A DNA stretch of 64,000 bases from Selaginella moellendorffii (GCF_000143415.4 NW_003314269.1:3217060-3281059); one strand, 5' to 3'; shown: positions 22,364 through 35,890, numbered from the stretch's first letter. The notes: generated by a model not told the origin, from the sequence alone. Numbers and translations are program-made.

Positions 22364-24194
22364 ATGGATTCCAAGAAGCTGCAAGTGAGCCCCAGACCCT
22401 CGTCCGGCCGGCGCATCCAAGCGGGCAAGCGGCCACGCCCTGACGATTACTGCGGCAACAGTGTCCGAAAGCTCATGAGGCGAGAGATCAGCCGCGCGGG
22501 CAACTGGGCGTTCAATCGGACAAGCTCCCAGGAGAAGTTTCGAAACTTCCAGCTCCAGGTATGGATTAGATACTTTCTATCTCAGCTGCATTTTTTATTT
22601 TTCTTTGGGGTTCGCAATAGGAAGAGTTTGATACCCACGATCCCAAAGCGCACAGATGCTTGAAACTTCCATTCTTAAAGAAGAGGTCCAAGATCGTGGA
22701 GATCGTTGCTGCCCGTGACATCGTTTTTGCTTTGGCGCATTCGGGCATTTGTGCTGCTTTCAGCAGAGGTAGGCAGTCATATCCGTTCACATTTCCATGG
22801 CAAATATAATCTTTTCTTTTTGTTTCGTTTGGGGTTTTAGAAACAAATAAGAAGATCTGTTTTCTCAATATCAGCTCCGACGAAGTCATCAGAAGCCTTT
22901 TCTATAACAAAAACAACGACTCGCTCATCACTGTTTCAGTATACGCATCTGACAATTTCAGCTCACTAAAATGCAGGACAACACCCATCGAGTAAAACTT
23001 TCCATGCTTTCATCTTTTATTTTACTAGTTTGTGTTAACTTTTCGCAGATATATTAGAAGAGGACAGCCTGACGCTGGATTTCCTTTGTTCGAAACAGAA
23101 TCATTGCGTTGGCCCGGCTTCGTGGAGTTCGACGACGTGAACGGAAAGGTGCTAACGTATTCCGCACAGGATCGGTATGCTCATCTCACTTTTCCGGCAC
23201 CATTTAATCACTACTGAGATTCTTTCTTTTCTCCTTGCAGGATTTACAAAGTTTTTGATCTCAAAAACTACACCATGCTGTACTCTATATCTGACGAGCA
23301 TGTCCAAGAGATTAAGATAAGGTAACGCGTTGAAGTTATGATTTTTTGAACCCCTTTAAGACGTTTTCTTTTTCCTGGTCACAGTCCTGGCATTATGCTG
23401 CTCATATTTGACAGAGCGGCGAGCCATGTTCCTCTTAAAATCTTGTCCATCGAAGATGGTTCCGTCCTAAAGGCGTTTAACCATCTCCTCCACCGCAACA
23501 AGAAGCTCGACTTCATCGAGCAATTTAACGAGAAGCTGCTAGTGAAACAGGAGAACGAGAACCTCCAAATCCTTGACGTAAGTAAAAGCAAAGCGTTTAT
23601 CCCTGTAGCTGACGGCTTTTGGTTTGTTCGCGCAGGTACGGAACGCCCAACTGACGGAAGTGAGCAGGACCGAATTTATGACACCGTCGGCCTTCATCTT
23701 TCTGTACGAGAACCAGTTGTTCCTCACGTTTCGCAACCGCACTGTCGCCGTGTGGAACTTCCGCGGCGAGCTGGTCACTTCCTTCGAGGACCACCTCTTG
23801 TGGTACCCGGACTGCAACACAAACAACATCTACATCACCAGCGAGCAGGACCTCATCATCTCCTACTGCAAGGCCCAGGGATGCGACGAAGAGACAGGTA
23901 ACCACAATCTCTCGTTTCTCTAATCGTTTCTTTCTTCTCTGTGGTACTGACTGCTCCATTTTCGCAGTAGGCTCGATCAACATCAGCAATATCCTGACCG
24001 GGAAGTGCCTGGCAAAGATCCGCGCCGACGATCCCAGCGTCAAAGTGAGCCCGCGGTGTCACGCAAACTCGTCCAACATCCGAGGCTCGGTCCGTGAGGC
24101 ACTCGAGGACGTGACGGCGTTGTTCTACGACGAGGAGAGGAACGAGATTTACACTGGTAACAGGCAGGGGCTTGTCCACGTTTGGTCCAACTGA
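22364..24194 (+). CDS. Conserved plant WD40-like/transducin-like protein of unknown function (At3g54190/At2g38630-like)
   Basis: 'SPRPSSGRRI..NSVRKLMRREIS..EIVAARDIVFALAHSGICAAFSR..SLFYNKNNDSLITVSVYASDNFSSLKCR..LRWPGFVEFDDVNGKVLTYSAQD..YDEERNEIYTGNRQGLVHVWSN*'. Confidence 0.88.
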
Positions 24195-24614
24195 TAGATC
24201 TACGAGAGAGAGAGCGGGCGTTCTTTTGTCCGTGCTAGAAGATCCTCATCGCTCCTTGGTTCGTAACTCCTTTTTTAAATGCGTTCTTCTGGTCTCACGG
24301 CAGGCGATATTTATCTCTCTCGTGGCAAAGTTTCTTATGTCTCTTTCGCGGCCGCGCATAATTCGTGCTATGGCTTTGTGTACATTGTATGCTTTTTTTC
24401 TCTGCTATAATTTTTGTAACCACAGAAGTATCATCTCTTAAGTCTGTCTGTACCATCAAAACAATCAATTAGATATGTAAATACAAGGGGGAGGAGAAGG
24501 AAGAAGAAAAAAAGCTAAAGCGCACCAGTGTACAACCGAGTACTCACTCTTCCAAGAGATTATCACGCGAGAAAAGCTCTCCCAAACTCAAAGTTATCGA
24601 TCCCTCGAGAAGGC

Positions 24615-26357
24615 CTACATGGGGCACAAGCACGGTTGGACCTGGAAGTTCCTCCAAGCTTTTATTATTCCATTCGAAAGAAACGAGTGTCAAGGAGAAG
24701 ATCGATCGTTACTTACCTTGCTCGCCGGAACACGCTGCCGACGCTCGACGTAGGCCGAAGGAAACCATCCGGCTTTGCCTCGGCACTCCCCCTCGGACCA
24801 TCCCGTCGTAGAAACCTGGAAGTTAGATCGAATCGTGTGAGAAAACTAGGAGCCATGAAACGCATCTAGATTACCTGGCGAACAACGACGTAATCACCAA
24901 CAGCTATCGTAAGCTCTCCCTCGGATTCCGCCTCAAAAGGATGCATCACCTGGACAGCGCGTTTTAGAGCACAGCTATAACTTTAAAAAGAGCCCAGTAC
25001 CTCGGCCAGGAAAAACGATGACTTTCGGTCGGAGTTGGATTGGTAAACATTGGAGTAGCCACCATTCTCTTTTACTTCCTCGTATGGAGGAGGGGACGTG
25101 GAGTGCTCTAGCTGTTGTGACGCGCCCGACTCTCCCTGTAACCGTTCTGCAACCATCTGGAGAACAATTATATCTCAGCCCTGTGTTTCCGGTGAAGCGA
25201 ACGTCGCAACTTGCCTGGGTGTGAAGCTTGTCAAGGATATCAGTCACGCGCTGATGATAAGCTCGCTCGGCTTCTACCTGGCAAAAGAAACGAAAAAAAC
25301 TGTGGGACTTTAATTACCAGTGACTGATGCTTACCATGGCAATGAGACGTTGCAATGTGAGACGCTGCTGTTGAGCTTCAACAGCAGTCATCGCCGCAGC
25401 GGCTTCTTTTCCCAGCTCTGTCATTGCTGCCATAAGCTCTGTCAGTTTCGATTCGGCCATTTGCAGTTTCAAGGCGTTGTCTGCATTGAGGCCGGTCTCT
25501 TTCGACCTTCTTCGAGTAACCTCCTGGGCCTGATCATTAACACCTTTGGTACCAAGAGAAAAAAAGAAGCAGGAACACAACCGACCAAACCTGCGCTTCA
25601 GCCTCCTGGCGCAGACGATCATAGCGTTGTGCCAAGTGCCGCGCGTCTTCCAAAGGTGCTCCCATCACCATCGCTCTCAAAGGCTCAGCAACCTACAAGA
25701 CTTGTTAAAACTTATCACAAACAATGTCTTCTTACCTGAGTACCAAGTGCTCGATGCATGCTATCTCTCTCCTTCTCAATATTGAGTCGAGCATTTCCAA
25801 AGTACGTAGCCGACTTTGCAAGGGCCCCATTCGGAGCTGGTCCTTCAGCGGCATACTTTCGGCAATCCTCCGCAAGCTTGGTGGCTGTTCAAAAAACCAT
25901 AAGCTTTTCTCTCTCACAATTTGGAATTTTTTTCACAAGAAACACTTACAAACATCAAGCTGCTTGGATCCAGTAGAGATCAGTCCTTCAGTTCCACGCA
26001 CTATTTCTCTTTGGAAATGCTACACATCAGCACACAAAGCAACAAAGCTATCAGTATCATAAGAGTATGAAATCGAAAGAATTCCCTTCGTTGCAACAAA
26101 CGACAACTCAATACCTTGCCAGCGCGTGTAGATATAAATAATCTTTCCAGCTGCTGATGCCTCTGCTGCTCCGCCTCGTTCGTCACAATGTCGGTCCCTT
26201 GAGAGCCGCCATATCCTTGCGAGAATTGTTTGAATACCGCCTGCGAACCACCAATCCAAATCGTGAGCAAATCTCCCAATCCTGGATGGAAACGAGCCTG
26301 TTGCTGTTTGGCGACTTGCTCCCGAAATTTGCTAGCCTGTTTCCTGATCGCATCCAT
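24615..26357 (-). CDS. BAR-SH3 domain protein (SH3P2/SH3P3-like)
   Basis: 'MDAIRKQASKFREQVAKQQQ|AVFKQF..HQQLERLFISTRAGK|HFQREIVRG', 'AMTAVEAQQQRLTLQRLIAM' and SH3 'HPFEAESEGELTIAVGDYVVVRQ..GWSEGECRGKAGWFPSAYVERR'. 3' end uncertain (stop at 24690 or 24615). Confidence 0.92.
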
Positions 26358-26925
26358 CTACCTAGATTGCGCCGAGCCAGCTGACACGAAACCAAATCGT
26401 CATTACCTTGGAGAATGTGGCGCGCCATAGATCACACCTGAGTGCCGATCTAGCAGAGGAAGAATGGCGCCGATCCAGGGCGAGCACCCAAACCCTCCCG
26501 CACTTGTCGGACCCTTCCCCGGGACCGCAACGAAGAAAGCAAACCCTAGACACTCGAGGGAGGAGGTCAAAGAAAAACCTCTGCCCAGCGTGGCGCGAGC
26601 GCGGCCGTCAGATATTAAGAGTAGACGTCGCAGATGGAACATCGGGATCGTGTCTGCAGACAACGGTCAGGAACCAGATTGCCAATCTTGAACGTCAGAT
26701 AAGATGTTTGAATTAATCCAAGCCGTCCACTGTAATTTAAGAAGATAAATATTTTGCTGAAAGAAAAATATTGTCAAATTTCTAGCCGTCTGATTTCTTT
26801 TATAAAAATAAAAGAGAAGGAAGAAAAGTCTTTTTCCGGTCTAAACCCTAATATCAGTGCCAAAGAAAAGTCATTAAAACTTAGTTAAGAACAAGTGTAT
26901 TTTCCATTCTATAGAAATCCAAAGA

Positions 26926-28098
26926 CTACAAACCACCACAGGAGAATCGGCGCCGCCGTGGAACGCACACCATGAATGGCTTGTCCGAGATCTTCGTCCA
27001 TCTCTTTTGATCTTTAACTTTGCCGTGCTCGTAGTCGGTCTGGACCCGGATCGTCGGTCCCTTGAACATATCAATCTTGTCCTGCTGCCTCGCGTAGACG
27101 ATGAAGTCCTGCTGGAACAGCCGGTTCTCTCTCGCCTCTTTCTCCTCCTGCTTCTTCACGTCGAATCGAGTGAAGTATGGCCCGACGCTAGTGATGTAGT
27201 ACTTTGATCTCCACAGAGGCGGTCGCCCCGGCCGACGCTTCAAGCGCTTCACTTCTTCCACGCAATTCATCGCCTTCCTCGTTTCCTTGATCTTCTCCTC
27301 GATAATGTTTGGTTCTCCCAAAACTTTGAGGTAGTGGGAGTAGTACATGCCTTCTTCGGCCTCAGTCCCCAGCTGCAAGAACAAAAGAGAAGAGACTTAG
27401 AAACAAAAGGAACCAAAAAAGCTTCCAGAGAACTTACGAAGTAGTGACTGGACTTAAAGAACTTTTCAATCTCCTCGCGGGTTTTCGTCGCCACCTTGTT
27501 GATCCGGGCGTCCCACTGCTGCTTGAAGTTCGCAAAGATGTCGGTCTTCACCTCGCAGTTTCGTGCCATCGCGTCGAGCAGGAACTCTTTCCTTGCGTAG
27601 TAGCTGTGGACGTATTTCCTGCTGTAAAACCCGCGAAAGATCCTCTGGATCGTCGTGGCCTTGTGGTTGAAGTACGCGACACGGAGCTTGGTGTCACGGG
27701 CACGACCGATGGCATAGAATCTCTCTCGCCCAAGGTGGCCGCGGTAAACTCTTTGGATGTTTGTAGCAGAAGTGTTCCATCTCTTGATAAGCTTGTAGAC
27801 TCTTCTTCGTCTCCAAGCACACTGTTATTGAGGAACTGAAACATTAAGTTCCAGCTGCTCGCAAGCGTAAGAATGAAGGAAAGAAGAAAACCGGAATGAG
27901 AAAAAATGGAGAGTATGATCTACCTGAAGAAGGATCACTGAATGGTGTTCTTTGGATCTATTTTCCTCAGCCACACTGAAAAATTCTCGTTTCTTTCCAC
28001 ACAGTTTAGTTGTTCTAGGAAGATTATTTGAATGCTTACTGTGACGTGTCGACGTAGGCCTGGAGCATCGCCTCCAGCCGGCGCCTCGCCCGAGCCAT
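26926..28098 (-). CDS. IQ-motif calmodulin-binding protein, SPATA17-like (flagellar/axonemal)
   Basis: Spliced reading 'MARARRRLEAMLQAYVDTS|.VAEENRSKEHHSVILLQ|CAWRRRRVYKLIKRWNTSATNIQRVYRGHLGRERF..YFNHKATTIQRIFRGFYSRKYVHSYYARKEFL': three IQ motifs with SPATA17-like spacing. The IQ-containing frame is not in the ORF track. Confidence 0.78.
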
Positions 28099-28401
28099 CT
28101 CCATTTCTTCTCTGTGCTCTCGATAGATCAATTGAACGATCTAACTCTTCTTTCGATCGATTGATCGATCTAGAAATGCAGCTAAATCGCGTTTGCGTGA
28201 GTAGCGAGGGAATGTAGCAAGGAATTCGTCAGCCTACCAGGAATTTGGAATGGCGCCGCTTGGGCGCCACTGCTCCAGCGCGATGAGCGGCTTCGATCCA
28301 AGAACACGGGGTTAGGGTTTGTCGAAATCCGCGGTTCGAATCTAGAAATTCAAATATCTTTCCATTGGGATAAGGCTTTCTAGCGAGCTTACAACGAAGC
28401 T

Positions 28402-30325
28402 ATGCCGCATTGCGGTAGCGCTAGGGTTTGTGTGGGAGCATCGGCGGTGAGCGCCAGGCCGCGGAATGGATTGTCACTCTCGCCGGTCTCGGCGCCAAGG
28501 ATTTCGACGATCCGGTCAGCTGCCGTAAGTTCAATACGTGCAAATATCAAGGATTTCGAGCGATTTCTTTCCAGGCGGGCGAGGAATCGATGCATCTACA
28601 TCTCCAAGATCCACCACGCGCTGCGAATTCACCCTTATTTGAGCCACAGAGCTGGAAGAAGGCCGCCATAGCAATTTTCGCAGCAATGCAGGTGGCAGCA
28701 CCGTTTAGCGACTGGAATTTGCCGGTGGCAAATGCGATTCTCTACTCTCCAGATACCAAAGTGCCACGCACTGCAGAGGTAGCGCTGCGCCGAGCTATTC
28801 CTGTGATCACACCCACCATGAAAGCCATTCAGGTATATTTCTCCAAAATCTCTCAATGTTCCATTGGAACTTTTTGTTCTTCATAGGAACCTTTGGAAAA
28901 CATTTTCTATCTCCTCAGGATCCCACAAAGGAAGCCATACGGTAGCATGGAATCGGATGTTAAGAAAGCTCTCAAGGTACGAACGAGTTGTCGATACACT
29001 TCGTCTTGAGAGTTTTCTTTCAGATAGTTATGGATGGCAAAGACACTATCATATCTTCAATACCTGAGGAGAAGAGGGCGACGGGACAAGAGCTCTACGA
29101 TACACTAGTTGATGAGAAGGTAGTATGTTCTCCATATCCTTTTTCTTCGTTTTGTGAATGTGTTACTTCAGGCAGGATTGCCAGCCTTGCTTGGGAGCAT
29201 TGGGAAGCAAGATGCTGACAAGGTCTCAATAAGACTTGCTTCGTCCCTGGATGTTATAGCTCAGATTGAGCTTTTGCAGGTAAAAATCTAAGGTAGATCG
29301 TTTTCGATAACGCTGTTCATTCACTTCTTATGTGCCAAGGTTTCTGAAACAGGCCCCAGCTCTTCCATATCTACTTCCAGCACAATACCAACAGTTGCCC
29401 AGGTTTCACAAGGTTTAATCCTGTGGAAATTCTTCGTTAACACCCCTTGTTTGATACTATAGGCTTACTGGTCGAGCATTGGTTGAAATGGTTGTGAAGA
29501 AAGGTGATAACACGGCCTTCACCGTTGCAGCCGGTCAAGGACCTCAACCGCAGGGAACAATTCAGGTAATTGCGTTCATTTCCTTGACATTGCTATGAAA
29601 ATTTCTTGAGATGTTTCAAACTGGCAGGTTGTTCTTGATGGTTTTTCTGCACCCATCACTGCTGGAAATTTCGCCGATAAGGTTCCTGCATCTAGGTTTT
29701 ATCAGTCACTAAAGTTTTCTTCCCAGGTTTTAAAAGGCTTTTACAACGGAGTCAAGCTCAGGACAACTGAACAAGCGATACTATCGGATAGCGCTCAGCA
29801 GGACGCCCTTCCAATGGAGATCTTGCCATCCGGGGAATTCCAGCCACTGTACAAAACAACTTTGAATATCCAGGTGAGTAGTCACACATTCAAAGAGATA
29901 TATGAATGACAACTCTCTCTTTCAGGATGGCGAGCTGCCAGTACTTCCACTGTCTGTATACGGCGCTGTGGCAATGGCACACGACCCTAGCGCGGAAGAT
30001 TTGTCATCCGCATCTCAGTTTTTCTTCTACTTATATGATAGGCGAAGCGTAAGTTTCCACTTTCTTTGTCTTACAATAGACGAAGTTTTAAGCTTTTATA
30101 TCACCTCAGGCTGGGCTTGGTGGACTTTCCTTTGAAGAAGGCCAATTCGCAGTTTTCGGGTAAGCTTTGTCTCATCTCCATCTGCCTCGAATCAATCCAT
30201 GGTTTTTCAGATATGCAACCAAAGGACGTGAACTTCTATCCCAGCTAAAAACCGGCGACGTCATTGAGTCGGCCACGCTAGTTTCTGGACGAGACAGGCT
30301 CGTGTATCCACAAGCGCCTTCATGA
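28402..30325 (+). CDS. CYP37: Thylakoid-lumen cyclophilin CYP37
   Basis: Transit-peptide exon 28402-28524, then 'ANAILYSPDTKVPRTAEVALRRAIP..|EPLENIFYLLRIPQRKPYGSMESDVKKALK..DGFSAPITAGNF..LPLSVYGAVAMAH..QFFFYLYDRRS|AGLGGLSFEEGQFAVFG'. Stop at 30325. Confidence 0.93.
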
Positions 30326-30465
30326 GCAGATAAAATGGTTCGTTGTCTTTTATTTCTCATGAACGCTTGTTCATATTCCGAGGAAAGACGATCGAAACTC
30401 TCCCGGCGATGGATTATACAGATGATTCGAGCGGACAAAATCGACGCTTGCATCTCTTTGCAACG

Positions 30466-31779
30466 CTAAGTATATATGAGAAGTCTATCCGTGTCGAGAT
30501 AGCTGGACGCGAATGCTATGCCGTCTCCAGTCGGCTGTGAGAAGGCGAGCTTGTCAAGCTTTATCTGGGATCCAAAGGCAAAATCGTCCCTGGCAAGAAA
30601 CACCAAGCAGAATGAGCTCCGGCCGAGAGGAGTTACGTGCGTGAGCTTACCTGATCGTATCGAGGAGACGAGACGCTATTCCTTTTCTCCGGAAGGAATG
30701 CATCACCCACAGTCCCCGGATGCCACACGCGGCCGCCACCGGAGTGTTGTTGTCATACGAGATCGACTTGTTTAGATCCGCGCTGCTGCTGCTGCTGCTG
30801 GTTTTGATCTTGCGCTGGACCTCTCTGACGAACTTGATGTTGCCAAACACCATCTCCTTCTTCACACTCGCGGCTGATTTGTAGAACAAAAGAGCCATGC
30901 GTGAGAAACTTGTTTGCAGCTTGTTCTTACGTACCTTTCCCCTTATCGCAGTGATCTCTCTCGACTCTGGCAACGAATGCTTCGTCGATCGCCTCGGCAA
31001 CGGCACAGCCGAGTACTCTCTTCGATTCAACATAGAGGTAAACCTGCAAGACAGCTTCGCTATGAGAGAAACGAGAGAAAAAGAGGCCTTTCATTTCCAA
31101 GGTACCTTGTATTGGGTGTTTAGCAACCAGTCTGGAGGAAGGCCCATCTCTTTCTCCATGGTTGTGGCGACCTCTTTCACCTGGTTATGGAGTTTTAGCG
31201 GACTACTTCACGAGCATAGGGAATCGATACCTTTGTGCGGTGTTGGGCGGGATCTTGCGGAAGAACTACAATGACTCGACTGCTTCTATCCTCGAATCGA
31301 GCGGCGACTCTCTCGTTTCGCCAGCCCTGCAAGAACCGAGAGAATGTAAGAAGCGAGATCAGGCATCGATCGATTCACCTTGAACTGGATCCCGCGAAGG
31401 AAGTTTCTGTGGAAGATCTCGTGAACCTTGGTGTCGTTCTCTTGGCCTCGCGCGTAGACGAGGCCGCAGACCTTGCATGCGCTCTGGGAGAAATCCGACT
31501 GCCCGAAATCCAGGAAGTATTGCCCGCCGCCGCCGCGCTGCCGCTTTGGCTGCGGCAGCGCGGCATTCTTCGAGCTCTGGCACGGCGCCAGCGGCCTCAA
31601 GACGTCGGATTCCCCGTCGGAGCCATCCGACTTCTCCTCATCGAATGCCGGTTTCCTGAAAATCCATCCGCCCGTCTCGAATCTAGGAATGAACAAAGCC
31701 GCGGCGCATACCTCTTGCGTCGCCGGTACGTGACGACCGCCGGCGCCTTCGCCTGGAGCCATTCCGGCTCGTCGGCCAT
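30466..31779 (-). CDS. CTF7: Cohesin acetyltransferase ECO1/CTF7
   Basis: PIP-like 'QYFLDFGQ', C2H2 'CKVCGLVYARGQENDTKVHEIFH' and GNAT 'CGIRGLWVMHSFRRKGIASRLLD..LAFSQPTGDGIAFASSY'. Confidence 0.93.
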
Positions 31780-32096
31780 AGCTCGGATCCAAGAACCCTA
31801 ACCTGTTTGAATTTTCCCGCCCAATGCCGCCCACCGTCGATCCTAAACCCCGGGGTTTAAGAGAACTGCCACGTGGCTTTGATCTGATTTAACCTACATA
31901 ATAATCCCAGACCTAATTTTTCACTTGCCCTAGACGAAGAAGAACAGTGCATTGTTTTTTTTCGACCAAGGCGCTCTCCACTGCGGCATCCATTCTGGGT
32001 CACCGGCACAGCGTCCCTGGTAGGCGCTTTGCTAAGCTCGCGAATGGTGGAAAGATATGGATTTTTTCCTTTTCCTTCTTATCAGCAGTGCCTACA

Positions 32097-35000
32097 ATGA
32101 GCAGCGGAGCAAACGAGGGAGAAGCTGAGAGCTCATCTGGATCGGGATCGAGCAATTCTTCCACCGTCGAGATCAGGATCAGGACATTGGACTCGGCGAG
32201 CCACACTGTTCGAGTAAACAAGGATGTAAGTGTCTTTAAAATGGTTTTGAATTGGAAGAACAAGGAGGATGTTCACGGTTTTTTCTCTCTCTCTCTCTCT
32301 CTCTCTCGTAGATATCTGTGCCTGCCTTGAAAGAGCAACTCCAGGAACTGGTGGGAATTCCAGCGCAGGACCAAAGGCTGATTTGCCGCGGGAGAGTGCT
32401 GAAAGACGATCAACTTCTATCGGCTTACAGTATGTTCCTTGTCTTTGTTTCTGCGAACTCTTTTTGATCTTCTTAGCGATGATGGCCAGACGTTGAAGAC
32501 GGGCATACGTTGCATTTGGTGGCAAGGCCGCAACCACAGTCCGGTGAAACTCAAGCTCAAGGTGAGTAGAACTTTCGGAAAACGTGAGACTAAACGACTT
32601 AAGTTTCTTTAGCCGATCAAGCGAGTGCGCAAGGACAAGCGGATCCGAACCAGCAAGGCCGGGGAGTCACTCACAGTCTCGTCGTTGGAACTATCAATGT
32701 TCCGACTGTCGGGGATGGAGGGATTCCTGATTTTAATAGAGTGAGTTCCTCCGCTAGTTTTCTGTTTTTGTTCTTGGCTTACTGTATAATGGTGACAGAT
32801 TGTTTCGGCTGTTCTTGGCTCTGTTGGAAACCTTCCAGGATCAAACGTTCCCATGGGTCCGGCCGACTTGCAACAAGGTACACCTCTTACGGCCCCGCGC
32901 CTGGGCCTTTCCTTTGGAGGAAACCAGGGGTTTCAGGTTTCGCCTGATGCACTGACAACAATGGCAATTTATCTCAGTCGCATGGAACAAATGTTTGGTG
33001 AGTGTGTTTCTTTCTTTCTTTTTTGGCTCCAAGCTTCCAAAAAATTGGCATGTTTCACAGGACTTGCGAGTGCTCAGCCTTCAAACCAGCCTTCGAACCA
33101 GCCTTCGAACCAGACTCCGGACCAGACTCCGAACCAGACTCCGAATCCGCCATCAAACCAGCCCCAGACTCAGAACCAAAGCTCAAGCCAGACTTCTCCT
33201 CCTGCTCTCGGTGAACCTTCTGCAAATGGGCAAAGGAGTCCTCCTGCAGTGAATAGACCGCTTTTCAGTCCGGCAGCGCTGGGTGGAATCATTCGTCGTA
33301 CGCAGTCGCTACTTGCTGGTCAGGCTGCGGTGCTTCTTGCTGTAAGTTCTCTCCATTTTTTTGACTCCGTAGTAACCTGAATTGTTAAGGCATTGGCTGG
33401 ACAACTTGAGAACGAAGTGACACTGGCCGACGTCAATATGCGTGGAGAGGTCCAAGCTGCTGCTGCTTGGAGTGGGACGATTATGCAGCAGCTTGGGGCT
33501 CTACTGATGGAACTTGGCAGGACTACCATGACTTTGCATATGGGATCCACGCCTGTAAGCATCTAGATTTCATTCTTTGCTACTTCCGCTGAGCACCTTT
33601 CACATGGTTTCTACAGGCTGAAGCCTTTGTAAATTCTGGTCCGGCAGTTTTCGTTTCTCCTACTGGACCAAATCAGATGATGGTTCAGGTAAGCTCGTGA
33701 TTTGTACCTTTATTTGTGGCTGAGTGCATACTGATTTTGCAGCCGATGCCTTTTCAACCGATAGGTACTTTCCCTGCAAGATCACCGTTTCCTCCGGGGT
33801 GGCCAGGTGCTCAAGGACCAAGAAGCCTGAACATCCACATTCATACGAGTGATACCGGAGTACCTTCAACGAATGCTCCGGCCGCGCCTTCTACCGAAGA
33901 GGGAGGATTACCACAGCAACCACAGGTTCCTATGACTGGAATACCAGCGGGCGTTTTAGATGGTGCTGGCCAAGAAAACGTTGGAGATGACAACTCGCAG
34001 GGCATTCCCAGTGCTGTGGTACAAGAGACGATCATGGTTATCCAGGATAACGGTGACGCTCGGGTGCTATCGTCTCGCTCCAGGAACTTAAGCCCTGGAG
34101 CTTCACCAGCCGACAACGAAGGTACAGTTGGTGCTAATTCCAGTGTGCCTATGCAAGCTGCCCCAACGGCACAAATGGCACAGGTTTCACAGGCGCTAAA
34201 CCAGCTCTGGCCTGGAGGGCTTGCAAACTTAAGAGCTCCACAGCATCCACAGCAGTTTAATGGCTCCGCGATGGGCATGGGATCCAATCCTTTGACGTCG
34301 ATGCTGGGAGCTACACTCGGCCAACTTGCTGGTTTCCAAACAGGAAATTTTCAGGTACCAGCTCCGTTTAGCTCGCAAGTTTTTCCACAAGGACCAGCTC
34401 CTCCCACCACTACTCTGGGTAATCTGCATTGGTTTGGTTTAAAACTGAAGCGTTTTAACTTGTTTTATCTCTCTTGCAGCGCAAGCACAAGTCTCCATGC
34501 CTCAGCAGCCTGCTAGTGTTCCAGCACCTCAACCATCTCCAAGCGAGACTTCTTCAATCCCATTTCAGCCGCCCTCACAAGTACTGAGCTAACTTTAAAA
34601 CTTGGAAGCTTGTTGCTAACTTTGTGCTATTGCAGCCATCGACAGATTCTCGTGATGCAATCAACAGGTCAGTCGACCAAACAGCTCCTAACACCTCTAC
34701 TCCGACTGCTCCCCAGCCTAGCTTAAATCCTCCGGCTGGCTTGGGTTTGGGCCGCTTGCGTCCGCTAGTGGTATGTTTCAATCTCTTTCTGTTCACTCAG
34801 TAAATTCTTGTACAGCCTAGAAGGCGGACGGAGAGCTCAAGTCAGAGTGATCCTGCTGCTAGAACTGATTCAAGGTCGCCACCACCGACGTCACCGTCGC
34901 TCAACGAGAACAACTTTGCAAGCCTCATCGGGAACATTATCAGGACTCCTGCGTTTGGCAACCTTGCACAGCAGATGATGCAAACTTTGGGAGAAGGCGG

Positions 35001-35508
35001 TGCTGGCTCGCAGAATGTGGATATCGGGAGTATAATGCAGCCGATGCTGAGAAGCGTCATCCAGCATCAGCAGCAGCAGCCTGCCAATCCGGAAGTAAGA
35101 TTTTTTATTTCTTCCCTGATCGTTCTTCTGCTCAAACAGGTACCTGAGGCAACTGATGCTCAAGAAAACGATTCTAATGTGACCAAGGCTCAGGTAGATA
35201 TCTTTTACACGACGTGACTGAGTGATTGATCGATTTTGAGTGCTTGGTTTTTTGTAGAACTCCACCGATTCTTCTCTGGAGAAGCTCGAGAGAGGTGAGT
35301 CTGCTGAGGAGGTGGCGAGGAGTGTTGCGGAGGCCGCCGCAGACAACGCTGGCGTTTCTCTTAGTGAAGGCGAGCTCGTAGAACTAGCGAACGGCATAGC
35401 GGACGTAAGTTCCTTCTTCTCTTCTCTTCAATCTTTGTTGATCTAAGCTTTACATTGCCACAGGATTACATAGCGTTGGTATCTCAAGATTTGGCTTCTC
35501 GAATTTGA
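32097..35508 (+). CDS. BAG6/BAT3 (Scythe/CIP73)-like ubiquitin-like domain, proline-rich protein
   Basis: N-terminal UBL 'VEIRIRTLDSASHTVRVNKD|ISVPALKEQL..QRLICRGRVLKDDQLLSAY|NVEDGHTLHLVAR', 'VTHSLVVGTINV', 'LGALLMELGRTTMTLHMG..AFVNSGPAVFVSPTGPN'. Ends 'DYIALVSQDLASRI*'. Confidence 0.88.
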
Positions 35509-35890
35509 CACGGCACGACTATATTACTTCTTAGCTCTCACCTTCGCTTTTCTCTCTTTTTGTTCTTGGGATTTCCTTGTTCTTGGCATTGGTAGCACAA
35601 TTTTTTTTTTCCTCAGTATATGTGCTTCATGGTGAGTCGAAAGATCAATAACCAAGTTGTAAGTATTTTGCTAGAACCATCCACGAATTGGACGGAACTT
35701 GCGTTTAAGCGCGTGACACACGTTTGACCGCCAAAGGCTTTGACGTTGACGGCCAACGAAAATCCGTTTTACTTGGCCCGTAAGTAACAAACCGGGAATA
35801 TATATGAAAAGCCCCCGTCCAGTCGAGTGTGTGGATCGAGCGATCGAGCGAAGCGGCGTCCATGGGTGAGTGATCGATCGCCGCCACGAG

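Noticed and set aside
28428-28574. ORF-track N-terminus of CYP37 (MCGSIGG...)
   Set aside because: Non-ATG start. An ATG at 28402 plus GT-AG intron 28525-28574 gives a plausible transit peptide in frame.
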